From contig NZ_CAAFUQ010000095.1 in NCBI RefSeq assembly GCF_900766215.1, forward strand, positions 8,545 to 72,544: a DNA stretch of 64,000 nucleotides, given 5' to 3'. The DNA is from an uncultured Finegoldia sp. (GTDB lineage: Bacteria > Bacillota > Clostridia > Tissierellales > Peptoniphilaceae). The notes beneath the pieces were generated by a model. The model ran no database searches and was not told the DNA's origin. It worked only from the letters and a program-made list of their open reading frames with translations. This document shows, piece by piece, positions 9,868 to 19,053 of the stretch (positions are counted from its first letter, which is position 1; each line of letters starts with the position of its first letter). The position numbers and the translations under genes were made by a program.

Positions 9868-11289
9868 ATGAACTTAAAAACACTTATAGGATTGGAAATT
9901 CACGTTGAATTATCAACTAAAACTAAAATGTTTTGTGGTTGTAAGAATGAATTTGGACAAGTTCCAAACACAAATGTCTGCCCAATTTGTTTAGGTCATC
10001 CTGGAGCACTTCCTCACATGAACAAAGAAGCTTTAAGATACGCTATTATGGCTGGACTTGCTTTTGATTGTGACATTGCTAATGAATTTAAGATGGACAG
10101 AAAAAAATACTTCTACCCAGATTTGGTTAAAGGATATCAAATCACACAAGAAGATCAACCACTTTGTAAAAATGGATATATAGAATTAAAATCATCAACT
10201 AAAGGTAAAAAAGTTAGAATTAGAAGAATTCACATAGAAGAAGATACAGGTAAATCAATTCACAACGAAAGTGGAAACACTTTAATGGATTATAACAGAG
10301 CGGGAGTTCCACTAATTGAAATAGTTAGTGAACCAGATATGAGCACTCCTGATGAAGCCAGAGAATTCTTAGAAACTTTAAGAGAAAGAATCAAATATTT
10401 GAAAATATCAGATGTTAAGATGAGCGAAGGATCATTGAGATGCGATGTTAATATCAATGTCTACGATGAAGATTCTGATTTTAAAACTAAAATTTCTGAA
10501 ATTAAGAACTTAAACTCATTCAAATCAGTTTCAAAAGCTTTGGTTTACGAACAAGAAAGACACATCCAATTGGCAAAAGAAAATAAAATCGGCGAAAAAG
10601 AAACTAGAAGATGGGATGAGGACACTCAAACTACAATAGTAATGAGACACAAAGAAGAAGGAAATGATTACAGATTCTCAGTTGAAGGAGATATTCCTAA
10701 AACTTTTGTGGAACAATCTTATATCGAAGAAATCAAAAAGAATTTGCCAGAACTTCCACAAATGCGTAAAGAAAGATTCATGAAAGAATACAAGATTGAT
10801 GAATACGACGCAGATATTTTAACTAGAAACGGATATTTGGCTGACTACTATGAAAAAGTTGTAGAAATTTCAAACGATCCTGTTCAATCTTCAAATTGGT
10901 TATTGGGAGATGTTCTTCGTCAAGTAAACGAAAATGAAATTGAAGTAGAAGAAATGAATATGTCTGCTGAAAATTTGGCAAAATTGATTAAACTTTCTTC
11001 TGCTAAGAAAATAAATAATCAAACTGCAAAAAAAGTTTTGAGAGAAATGTTCAACGAAAACTTTGACCCAGAGGTTTATGTAAAAGAAAAAGGATTATTA
11101 CAAGTTGATGACGATAATTTACTACAACAAATAGTGGATGAAGTCGTAGCAGAAAATCCAGAATCTATCGAAAGTATTAGAAATGGTAAGGATCGTGCGA
11201 TTGGTTTCTTAGTTGGCCAATGTATGAAGAAGTCAAAAGGCAAAGGAAATCCTCAAAAGTTCAACGAATTAATTAAAGAGAAAATCTAA
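9868..11289 (+). CDS. gatB: Asp-tRNA(Asn)/Glu-tRNA(Gln) amidotransferase subunit B
   Basis: Opens MNLKTLIGLEIHVEL, the typical GatB N-terminus, and carries the GatB/YqeY C-terminal domain. Start set at ATG 9868 with RBS AAAGGAG rather than the listed 9853. Confidence 0.9.
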   Translation: MNLKTLIGLEIHVELSTKTKMFCGCKNEFGQVPNTNVCPICLGHPGALPHMNKEALRYAIMAGLAFDCDIANEFKMDRKKYFYPDLVKGYQITQEDQPLCKNGYIELKSSTKGKKVRIRRIHIEEDTGKSIHNESGNTLMDYNRAGVPLIEIVSEPDMSTPDEAREFLETLRERIKYLKISDVKMSEGSLRCDVNINVYDEDSDFKTKISEIKNLNSFKSVSKALVYEQERHIQLAKENKIGEKETRRWDEDTQTTIVMRHKEEGNDYRFSVEGDIPKTFVEQSYIEEIKKNLPELPQMRKERFMKEYKIDEYDADILTRNGYLADYYEKVVEISNDPVQSSNWLLGDVLRQVNENEIEVEEMNMSAENLAKLIKLSSAKKINNQTAKKVLREMFNENFDPEVYVKEKGLLQVDDDNLLQQIVDEVVAENPESIESIRNGKDRAIGFLVGQCMKKSKGKGNPQKFNELIKEKI

Positions 11290-11891
11290 TGAAAAAAATA
11301 TATTTATCTACAGGAAATAAAGGAAAAATTTCTGAAATAAAAGAAATACTTTCTGATTTGAATTATGATGTGTATTCCAAATCTGAATTGGGTATAAATG
11401 AAGATGCAGTAGAAGATGCAGAAACATTGGAAAGCAATTCACTTATCAAAGCTAAATTTCTAAAAAAATATACAGACGATATTGTAATGAGTGATGACAC
11501 AGGACTATTTGTAAATTCTTTAGCTGGAAGACCTGGAGTATATTCTGCAAGATTTGCAGGCGATGAATGTGACGATAGTAAAAATCGTCAAAAACTTTTA
11601 TCTGAATTGAAAGATAAAGAAGATAGAAGTGCTTATTTTGAAACTGTAATCACAATTATAGATTCAAATGATGAAATTCATCAAGCTAAAGGCAGAGTAA
11701 ATGGCAAGATTTTACTAGAAGAGTGTGGAGAACATGGTTTCGGATACGATAGTATTTTTGTTCCAGATGGTTACGATAAAAGTTTTGCACAAATGGAAGA
11801 CAGTGAGAAAAACAAGATTAGTCACAGAAAAAGAGCTTTGGAAAATGCCAAAATCATTTTGAAAGGTTTAAATGAAAGTAGCAATAATTAG
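11289..11891 (+). CDS. rdgB: Non-canonical purine NTP pyrophosphatase (RdgB/HAM1 family)
   Basis: Ham1 motifs, including the SHR motif (KISHRKRAL); start overlaps the gatB stop. Confidence 0.85.
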   Translation: MKKIYLSTGNKGKISEIKEILSDLNYDVYSKSELGINEDAVEDAETLESNSLIKAKFLKKYTDDIVMSDDTGLFVNSLAGRPGVYSARFAGDECDDSKNRQKLLSELKDKEDRSAYFETVITIIDSNDEIHQAKGRVNGKILLEECGEHGFGYDSIFVPDGYDKSFAQMEDSEKNKISHRKRALENAKIILKGLNESSNN

Positions 11892-12336
11892 TGATACACA
11901 TAACAAAATCGCAAAAGTTTATGACTATTTATTTGACAAAGAAATTGACATCATCGTTCACTTAGGAGATGTGTGCGATGATGCAATTTTACTTGAAGAA
12001 TTATTAAAAGTAGAAGTCATTTATGTAAAAGGAAATAACGATTTTTATGTTGCTGGTGGTGAATATGACAAGGTTATTAGGATTCCTAATAAAAATATTT
12101 TCATAACACACGGCCACAAGTACAATGTATCTTCAGGAGTGACAAGATTAGTCGAAAAAAGCAAATCATTAAATTGCCAAATGTGTTTGTATGGACATAC
12201 GCATAGGTATTTTAATGAAAAAATTGATGGCGTTTGGGTTATCAATCCAGGATCTGTAACTTATCCAAGAGATGGACAAGCTGGATTTGTAATATACGAT
12301 ACAAATAATGAACAAATAGAAAGGATACTTTTATGA
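11872..12336 (+). CDS. YfcE/YsnB-type metallophosphoesterase
   Basis: Metallophosphoesterase motifs DxH (ISDTHN), GD, GNxD and GHTH. The rdgB-phosphoesterase pairing matches the B. subtilis ysnA-ysnB synteny. Confidence 0.8.
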   Translation: MKVAIISDTHNKIAKVYDYLFDKEIDIIVHLGDVCDDAILLEELLKVEVIYVKGNNDFYVAGGEYDKVIRIPNKNIFITHGHKYNVSSGVTRLVEKSKSLNCQMCLYGHTHRYFNEKIDGVWVINPGSVTYPRDGQAGFVIYDTNNEQIERILL

Positions 12337-13136
12337 ACGTATTAGATATTAAAGAACTTAGAGAAGATTTAGGTAAAAGAATTATCGATGGTGTAGAAAA
12401 ATTAGGCAGAGAAGTTAAGGTTGCAACTGTAAGAGTTGGCGAAAACGCAGGAGATATTTCTTACGAAAAAGCTGTAAAAAACAACTGCGCTAAGTTGAAC
12501 ATAACTTGTGATCAAATAGTTTTAGAAGAAGGAGAAAATGAAAAATTAATCCAAACTATTAAAGAACTAAATGAAACACACGACGGTATATTGATGTTTA
12601 GACCATTAAAAGATAAAAAATTGGAAAAAGAAATTCAATATATAATTGCACCAGAAAAAGATATTGATGCGATGGGAATGGTTAACTTAGGAAAAGTTTT
12701 GGCAGCAGAAGAAGACGCTTATTATCCAGCTACAGCAAGAGCTGTTGTTGAAATAGTTAAATACTACAACTTCGATGTTAAAAACGTGGTAATCGTAAAC
12801 AGATCACTTGTTTTAGGTAAACCACTTTTCAATATGCTTATAAAAGAAAACAAAACTGTTACAATGTGCCACTCTAGAACAGAAGACATCAAATCATTTA
12901 CTAAAAATGCTGATTTGGTTGTAACTGCAGTTGGAAAAGCTAAAATGTTTGATGATTCTTACTTTACTGAAAATTCTTATGTAGTAGATGTTGGAGTTAG
13001 CTTGGATGAAAACGGAAAATTATCAGGCGATGTTAATCCAGAAGTTAACGTAAAAGTATTGGCAAATAGCGTTGGAAAAATCACAACAAGAGTATTGTTG
13101 TTGCAAATGGTTGAAGGCGCTTTGAATAGACAATAA
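12333..13136 (+). CDS. folD: Bifunctional methylenetetrahydrofolate dehydrogenase/methenyl-THF cyclohydrolase
   Basis: FolD-length protein with Rossmann region VIVNRSLVLGKPL and a conserved catalytic-domain N-terminus. Confidence 0.85.
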   Translation: MNVLDIKELREDLGKRIIDGVEKLGREVKVATVRVGENAGDISYEKAVKNNCAKLNITCDQIVLEEGENEKLIQTIKELNETHDGILMFRPLKDKKLEKEIQYIIAPEKDIDAMGMVNLGKVLAAEEDAYYPATARAVVEIVKYYNFDVKNVVIVNRSLVLGKPLFNMLIKENKTVTMCHSRTEDIKSFTKNADLVVTAVGKAKMFDDSYFTENSYVVDVGVSLDENGKLSGDVNPEVNVKVLANSVGKITTRVLLLQMVEGALNRQ

Positions 13137-13148
13137 TTTTTATTTCAG

Positions 13149-13185
13149 AAACCTCTTTATCTTAATTGATGAAGAGGTTTTTTGA
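13149..13185 (+). terminator. Rho-independent terminator after folD
   Basis: aaacctctt...aagaggttt hairpin followed by a TTTT run. Confidence 0.55.
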
Positions 13186-13226
13186 TTGCAATAAACTAAA
13201 AGTGTATAATAGATTAGGTGATAATT

Positions 13227-13811
13227 TTGAAAATAGGCGCAGTAATAATGGCAAGTGGTTTGTCGAAGAGAATGAAAACTGACAAATTAATGCTACAATA
13301 TAATGATAAATTTGTTTTTGAATATATTATTGATTTGGTAGCAAAATCAAACTTTTATGATAGAATTGTGATTACAAACAATTCTACGATAATAGAATAT
13401 TGTAACAAGATAGGGATCAAAACGCTTAATAATCCTAAAAATGAAAATGGACAAAGCGAATCAATCAAATTAGGGGTCAAATATTTTAAAGAAATGGATG
13501 GTATTTGTTTCCTAGTTTCTGACCAGCCGTTATTAACAGAAATTTCAATAGAAAAATTAATTAATTCATTTGAGAAAGATAAAATTTGTCAACTGAAGTT
13601 CAAGGACAAAGTAGGAAATCCCGTAATTTTCTCAAATAAATTTTTCAATCAATTATTATCACTTAAATACGACGAAAAAGGTTCTGTAGTTAAGAACAAG
13701 AATTTTAATGATGTAAAATATGTAGATGTTGATTTCGAAAGAGAATTAATGGATATAGATACAAACGATGATTATGAAAGGATTTTAAATGCAGAAAATT
13801 TGTTTGATTAG
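13227..13811 (+). CDS. MobA-like NTP transferase (MocA-type molybdenum cofactor cytidylyltransferase)
   Basis: N-terminal AVIMASGLSKRM nucleotidyltransferase motif (LAAGxSxRMG type). The TTG start at 13227, with AGGTGA 7 nt upstream, is preferred over the listed GTG at 13218. Confidence 0.65.
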   Translation: MKIGAVIMASGLSKRMKTDKLMLQYNDKFVFEYIIDLVAKSNFYDRIVITNNSTIIEYCNKIGIKTLNNPKNENGQSESIKLGVKYFKEMDGICFLVSDQPLLTEISIEKLINSFEKDKICQLKFKDKVGNPVIFSNKFFNQLLSLKYDEKGSVVKNKNFNDVKYVDVDFERELMDIDTNDDYERILNAENLFD

Positions 13812-14601
13812 AGGCGCAGGTGATATCGCAACTGGTACAATTCAAAAACTTGTTCACGCTGGGTTCAAATGCGTTGTTACTGAAGTTTCAAATCCAAGTA
13901 GTATCAGAAGAAAAGTATCACTTTCTGAGGCAGTTTACGATAAAAAAACAACTGTTGAAGATATAGAAGCTGTTTTGTGTGAAAACTTGGATGAAATTGA
14001 CGAATACATAGAACAATACAATCCTGTGATAATAGTTGACCCAAAACTTACGATATTGGATAAGAAGAAATTCGATGTCGTGGTGGATGCTATATTAGCG
14101 AAGAAAAATACTGGACTTAAAAAAGGTATGGCAGACATTACCATAGCTTTGGGCCCTGGTTTTGAAGCAGGCGTTGATTGCGATATTGTGATTGAAACGA
14201 TGAGAGGTCATGATTTGGCAAGGATTATCGAACAAGGCTTTGCAAAGAAAAATACAAAAGTTCCAGGAATTATCAATGGATATTCAAGTGAAAGAGTAAT
14301 ATACTCTGATTGTAATGGACAATTTACACATATTAAAAGTATTTCAGATATTGTTAATAAGGAAGAGATTATAGCAAAAGTCGGAGATAATTATATAAAA
14401 GCGACTTTAGATGGCGTTATACGCGGAATGATTAGAGATAATTTTGAGGTCAAAAAAGGACATAAAATAATCGATATTGATCCAAGATATGAAGAAGTAG
14501 AAAATTGCTTTACAATTAGCGATAAAGCAAGAGCAATTGGTGGGGCAGTTTTGGAAGCGATTATGATGTTAGAAAACAGGAGAGAAAAGAATGCAAAATG
14601 A
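13789..14601 (+). CDS. yqeB: YqeB-family protein of the selenium-dependent molybdenum hydroxylase system
   Basis: About 270 aa opening with a Rossmann-like ICLIRGAGDIATG segment. Its size and position between MocA-like and XdhC-like genes match the YqeB family; this is inferred, not searched. Confidence 0.55.
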   Translation: MQKICLIRGAGDIATGTIQKLVHAGFKCVVTEVSNPSSIRRKVSLSEAVYDKKTTVEDIEAVLCENLDEIDEYIEQYNPVIIVDPKLTILDKKKFDVVVDAILAKKNTGLKKGMADITIALGPGFEAGVDCDIVIETMRGHDLARIIEQGFAKKNTKVPGIINGYSSERVIYSDCNGQFTHIKSISDIVNKEEIIAKVGDNYIKATLDGVIRGMIRDNFEVKKGHKIIDIDPRYEEVENCFTISDKARAIGGAVLEAIMMLENRREKNAK

Positions 14602-15361
14602 TGTTTTGTTAGAAATGTACAAGTCTTTAGAAGATGGATATAAATGTATGATGGTGACATTGTTTAAAAATAGAGGATCAGTTCCTGGTAAACAAGGAAA
14701 CATTATGGCTGTTCGTGAAGACGGAAAAACTTTTGGAACTGTAGGAGGTGGTGCTATCGAACACCAAGTAATCAAAGATTCTATCGAAAACTTAAAAAAA
14801 GATAGTGACTTCGAATTTGATTATGTTCTTAATGAGGGAGAAAAAGTAAGTATGAGTTGTGGAGGTAGGGCTAGTGGATTTGGTAAAGTGTTTTTTCCTA
14901 AACCAACTTTGATTATTTTTGGAGCTGGTCACTGTTCTCAAAAACTAGCCAGAATTGCAACTTTAACAAATTTTGAAGTTATAGTTGTTGATGATAGGGA
15001 CGATTTCATATACAATGAAGATTTTTCAAATATTAAACAGTACATTAACAAAGAAATAGCAGATTCTATTAAAGAATTGAGATTTACTCCAGATACTTTT
15101 ATAATTTCTGCAACAAGAGATCATAAACACGATGAGGAGGTAGCATTTAATATATTGGACAAACCTCACAAGTATTTCGGAATGCTTGGTTCTAGAAAAA
15201 AGGCAGAAACTTTAAAACACAATTTGATTGAGAGAAATGTCGACAAAAATCTTGTGGAGAGTATAAATGTTCCTGTAGGATTGGATATTGACGATGGCTC
15301 TGTTGAAGAGATAGCTATTTCAATAATATCTCAGATTTTAAAAGTTAAAAATAATAAATAA
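14591..15361 (+). CDS. XdhC/CoxI-family molybdenum hydroxylase maturation protein
   Basis: XdhC_CoxI N-terminal domain (GSVPGKQG...GTVGGG) and C-terminal Rossmann part (LIIFGAGHCSQ...VVDDR). Confidence 0.75.
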   Translation: MQNDVLLEMYKSLEDGYKCMMVTLFKNRGSVPGKQGNIMAVREDGKTFGTVGGGAIEHQVIKDSIENLKKDSDFEFDYVLNEGEKVSMSCGGRASGFGKVFFPKPTLIIFGAGHCSQKLARIATLTNFEVIVVDDRDDFIYNEDFSNIKQYINKEIADSIKELRFTPDTFIISATRDHKHDEEVAFNILDKPHKYFGMLGSRKKAETLKHNLIERNVDKNLVESINVPVGLDIDDGSVEEIAISIISQILKVKNNK

Positions 15362-15364
15362 ACT

Positions 15365-15411
15365 ACAACAAGAATGAACTTTGACTATAGTTCATTCTTG
15401 TTGTTTTTTTG
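15365..15411. terminator. Strong bidirectional rho-independent terminator
   Basis: Perfect 16-bp inverted repeat acaacaagaatgaact / agttcattcttgttgt around an 8-nt loop, followed by T7. The fur stop codon lies in the loop. Confidence 0.75.
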
Positions 15412-15825
15412 TGTTTTATTTTTCTTTTGACAATCAGGACACATCCCCCTAAATTCAAGAGAATGGGAATCTATAACAAAGCCTGTTTTGTCCTCTAAAT
15501 CAATTTCAATTTTTTCGATTGGACAGTTGTCAATTGGAATGATTTTTCCGCAAGATTCACAAATTATACTGTGTTTATGTTTTTTGCCTTTTAATCTGTA
15601 ATATGAAATGCCGTCGATTTCACAAACAACTTCAACTATTTCTTTATTTTTTAATATTTTTAAATTTCTGTAAATCGTAGACAGATTGGAGTCTTCTTTT
15701 TTCTTGAAAATCTCATACAAATCTTCTGCAGAGATAGGATGCTCAGATTTTTCTAAAATCGATATTATAAGCTTTCTTGCTTTTGTGACTTTCAAACCAT
15801 TTTGTAATAAGATTTCGTTTTTCAT
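15385..15825 (-). CDS. Fur-family metal-dependent transcriptional regulator (Fur/Zur/PerR type)
   Basis: Winged-helix N-terminus; HxH metal site; two CxxC pairs (CESCG, CPDCQ) forming a structural Zn site. Confidence 0.8.
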   Translation of the reverse strand: MKNEILLQNGLKVTKARKLIISILEKSEHPISAEDLYEIFKKKEDSNLSTIYRNLKILKNKEIVEVVCEIDGISYYRLKGKKHKHSIICESCGKIIPIDNCPIEKIEIDLEDKTGFVIDSHSLEFRGMCPDCQKKNKTQKNNKNEL

Positions 15826-15952
15826 ATTATCACCTATAATTATTATATCATTTTATTATGAAATATTTTAGAACTATTTAAAATTTGAAATCGAAAGAAT
15901 GCTACAATTTGTCAACTTTTTCGTCATTTATATCTAAAAATTCGAAAATTAG

Positions 15953-15961
15953 TGGTATAAT
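15953..15961 (+). promoter_or_regulatory. Extended -10 element (TGgTATAAT) of the glycan-operon promoter
   Basis: TGGTATAAT lies 30 nt upstream of the AAGGAG RBS; the -35 region is weak. Confidence 0.45.
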
Positions 15962-15991
15962 ATATAGTTAGTGAAATAAGGAGAGTTGTTT

Positions 15992-17185
15992 ATGAATATT
16001 TTATTTTCACCACCTGATATTTCTGATAAAGAAATAGAAGAAGTGGTAGACGCATTGAAATCTGGTTGGATTACAACTGGACCGAAAACTAAACTATTAG
16101 AAAAAAATTTACAAGAATATACACAATCAAAAAAGACTTGTTGTTTTAATTCAGCAACGGCAGCATTAGAATGTGCACTTAGAATTTTAGGTGTAAATGG
16201 CAAAAAGGATGAATGTATTACATCAGCCTACACTTATACAGCAAGTTGTTCTGTAATAGATCATTTGGACGCTACTATCAAATTGGTAGATGTTCAAAAA
16301 GATTCATATTTTATGGATTATGACAGATTATACGATTCAATAAATGAAAATACAAAGGCGATAATTCCTGTTGATATTGCAGGAGTTCCTGTCGATTACG
16401 ATAAAATTTACGAAATAATTGAAGCAAAAAAATCAATATTCAAACCTTCAAATGAAATCCAAGAATCTTTGGGAAGAGTTGCTTTGATTTCTGACAGTGC
16501 TCACGCATTGGGTTCAACTTACAAGGGCAAAAAAATTGGTTCTTTCCAAGATATTGCATCATTTTCATTCCACGCTGTTAAAAACTTTACGACAGCAGAA
16601 GGTGGAATGCTTGCCATCAATATTGGTGATGTAGACAAGATATACAATGATTTGCAATTGTTCTCTTTACATGGTCAAAACAAAGATGCATTAGCTAAAA
16701 CAAAATTAGGTGCATGGGAATACGACATTAAAGGACTTTACTACAAGTACAATATGCCTGATATTTTGGCTGCTATCGGACTTGCACAATTAGAAAGATA
16801 CGATGATTTGTTAGCAAGAAGAAAAGAAATAATCAAAATGTATAACGATGGTTTTGATAATACATCAATTAGTTATTTGAATCATTTTGGAAAAGATTAT
16901 ACAAGTAATGGTCATTTGTATTTAACAAGAGTTGAAGGTATCGACGAAGAAAAACGTAACGATATAATCGTTAAGATGGCAGAAAAAGGTATTGCTACGA
17001 ACGTTCACTACAAGCCAATCGCGATGATGACTGGATACAAAAATTTAGGATTTGACATAAAAGATTATCCTAATACTTTTAAACAATACAAAAACGAAAT
17101 AACATTGCCTCTACACACATTGCTATCAGATGATGAAGTAGCTTATGTTATCGAAACTTACAAGGATATAGTTAGTGGTAAATAA
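15992..17185 (+). CDS. DegT/DnrJ/EryC1/StrS-family sugar aminotransferase (PLP-dependent)
   Basis: AAT_I fold signatures, including an active-site Lys region (SFHAVKNFTTAEGG). ATG 15992 with RBS AAGGAGAG. Confidence 0.8.
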   Translation: MNILFSPPDISDKEIEEVVDALKSGWITTGPKTKLLEKNLQEYTQSKKTCCFNSATAALECALRILGVNGKKDECITSAYTYTASCSVIDHLDATIKLVDVQKDSYFMDYDRLYDSINENTKAIIPVDIAGVPVDYDKIYEIIEAKKSIFKPSNEIQESLGRVALISDSAHALGSTYKGKKIGSFQDIASFSFHAVKNFTTAEGGMLAINIGDVDKIYNDLQLFSLHGQNKDALAKTKLGAWEYDIKGLYYKYNMPDILAAIGLAQLERYDDLLARRKEIIKMYNDGFDNTSISYLNHFGKDYTSNGHLYLTRVEGIDEEKRNDIIVKMAEKGIATNVHYKPIAMMTGYKNLGFDIKDYPNTFKQYKNEITLPLHTLLSDDEVAYVIETYKDIVSGK

Positions 17186-17819
17186 TATGGACAATCGAGT
17201 AGATGAAATCCTTAAAAATAGCAAATTTAATCTTTTCATCAAAAGATTATTTGATATTTTAGCATCTTTATTTGGAATTTTGGTTATGGCGATTCCAATG
17301 ATTATAATTTCTATAGCTATAAAGTTAGATTCAAAGGGTCCTGTGTTTTTCAAACAAAAAAGAGTTAAGAAAAATAATAAGGATTTTACGATTTTGAAAT
17401 TTAGGACGATGGTTGTGGATGCTCCAAAATTGGGAATGGCAATAACAGTTGGAGACGATCCTAGAATAACAAAAGTGGGAAAGTTTTTGAGGAAAACTAA
17501 ATTAGATGAGTTTCCACAATTGTTCAATGTATTAGTCGGAGATATGAGTTTTGTTGGACCAAGACCAGAAGTTAGAAAATACGTCGATATGTATTCGGAT
17601 TCGGACAGAGATATTTTGAAGATTAGACCAGGAATTACGGATTTGGCAAGTATAAAATACAGAGATGAATCAGAAATTTTGGATAAGTCCGACAATCCTG
17701 AAAAAACTTATGTGGAAGAAATTATGCCGAATAAAATCGAACTAAACAAACAATACATTGAAAATATTAATTTATTAAATGATATTAAAATAATTCTTCA
17801 AACATTGAAGATTTTATAG
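17175..17819 (+). CDS. Small monotopic phosphoglycosyl transferase (PglC/WbaP C-terminal-domain family; initiating sugar-phosphate transferase)
   Basis: Bac_transf motifs: KRLFDI, single N-terminal TM, KFRTM, and the catalytic-region PRPE of the bacterial sugar transferase family. GTG start with AAGGA upstream. Confidence 0.8.
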   Translation: MVNNMDNRVDEILKNSKFNLFIKRLFDILASLFGILVMAIPMIIISIAIKLDSKGPVFFKQKRVKKNNKDFTILKFRTMVVDAPKLGMAITVGDDPRITKVGKFLRKTKLDEFPQLFNVLVGDMSFVGPRPEVRKYVDMYSDSDRDILKIRPGITDLASIKYRDESEILDKSDNPEKTYVEEIMPNKIELNKQYIENINLLNDIKIILQTLKIL

Positions 17820-17826
17820 GAGTTTT

Positions 17827-19053
17827 ATGAATATTTGGATTATAAATCATTATATTGATGTTCCAGGGAAGGGTAGATATTTAAGGCATTATAATTTTGC
17901 AAAAGAATTACAAAAAAGAGGACATAATGTTACTTTATTTACAGCATCTACTACACATGGAACAGATTTAAATGTGATTAATGATGAAAAAAAATATAAA
18001 GAAGAAATAATTGATTCCTTGAAATTTGTATATATTAAGGCAAAAAATTACACTGGGAATGGTAAAGACCGTGTAATTAATATGATACAATTCTATAAAA
18101 ATCTATTGTCAGTATCTAAAAAATACTCTGGGGTTGATGTTGTTTATTGTTCTGCACCTCATAGTTTAACTTGGTTAGCTTCAAGGAAAATAGCCAAAAA
18201 CAATCACGCTAAGTTAATTTGTGAAACAAGAGATTTATGGCCAGAAACTTTTATAGAAATGGGTAAGTTCAGTAAAAATCATCCTGTGGCAAAAATCCTA
18301 TATGCTATTGAGAAATCTGTGTATAAGTCTTCAGATGCTTTAATATTCACAATGGAGGGCGGAAAAGACTATCTGAAATCAAGAGGAATTAATAGAGATA
18401 ATGTATTTCACATAAATAATGGGGTTGTACTAGAAGATTTCAATGAATCAATAAATAAATATCATTTGGAAGATGTAGATTTAGATGATAAAAATATCTT
18501 TAAAGTTGTTTATACAGGGGCTTTAGGACGAGCAAATCAAGTTGATACTTTGATTGATGCAATGAATAAACTTTCTGATTATGAAGATATAAAACTTATT
18601 GTTTATGGGAAAGGTGAATTTGAAGCAAGTCTTATAAAAAAAGTTAGAGAAAATTCACAAAAAAATGTTGTTTTTAAAGGTTCTGTTGACAAAAGATATG
18701 TACCTTCTATAGTTACAAGATCAGATTTGAATGTAATTACTGGACAAGATATTAATTTATATAAATATGGAATGAGTTTTAACAAGCTATTTGAGTATTT
18801 AGCTGCAAACAAACCTATATTATCTAATTTAAAATGTAATTATGATATTATTGAAAAATTTAACTGTGGTAAGACAGTAAAAAGTGGTTCTGCAGATGCT
18901 TTAAAGGAAGGAATATTGTACTTTTATAATTTAAAAGATATTGATTATAAACAATTTTGTGAAAATTCTAAAGAAGCAGCAGCAAATTATGATTACAAAA
19001 TTTTAACTGATAAATTGGAAGATATATTTAAAACTTTAAATGGGGGATTTTAA
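17827..19053 (+). CDS. GT4-family glycosyltransferase (WbuB/WbpH-like)
   Basis: Glyco_trans_4-like N-terminal domain and GT1/GT4 C-terminal domain with an E-x7-E-like region (FNKLFEYLAANKPIL). Confidence 0.75.
   Translation: MNIWIINHYIDVPGKGRYLRHYNFAKELQKRGHNVTLFTASTTHGTDLNVINDEKKYKEEIIDSLKFVYIKAKNYTGNGKDRVINMIQFYKNLLSVSKKYSGVDVVYCSAPHSLTWLASRKIAKNNHAKLICETRDLWPETFIEMGKFSKNHPVAKILYAIEKSVYKSSDALIFTMEGGKDYLKSRGINRDNVFHINNGVVLEDFNESINKYHLEDVDLDDKNIFKVVYTGALGRANQVDTLIDAMNKLSDYEDIKLIVYGKGEFEASLIKKVRENSQKNVVFKGSVDKRYVPSIVTRSDLNVITGQDINLYKYGMSFNKLFEYLAANKPILSNLKCNYDIIEKFNCGKTVKSGSADALKEGILYFYNLKDIDYKQFCENSKEAAANYDYKILTDKLEDIFKTLNGGF

Noticed and set aside
17126-17695. 189-aa minus-strand ORF antisense to the phosphoglycosyl transferase gene
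   Set aside because: It is antisense to a gene with strong family motifs (KFRTM, PRPE) and looks low-complexity and hydrophobic-by-chance. Shadow ORF.
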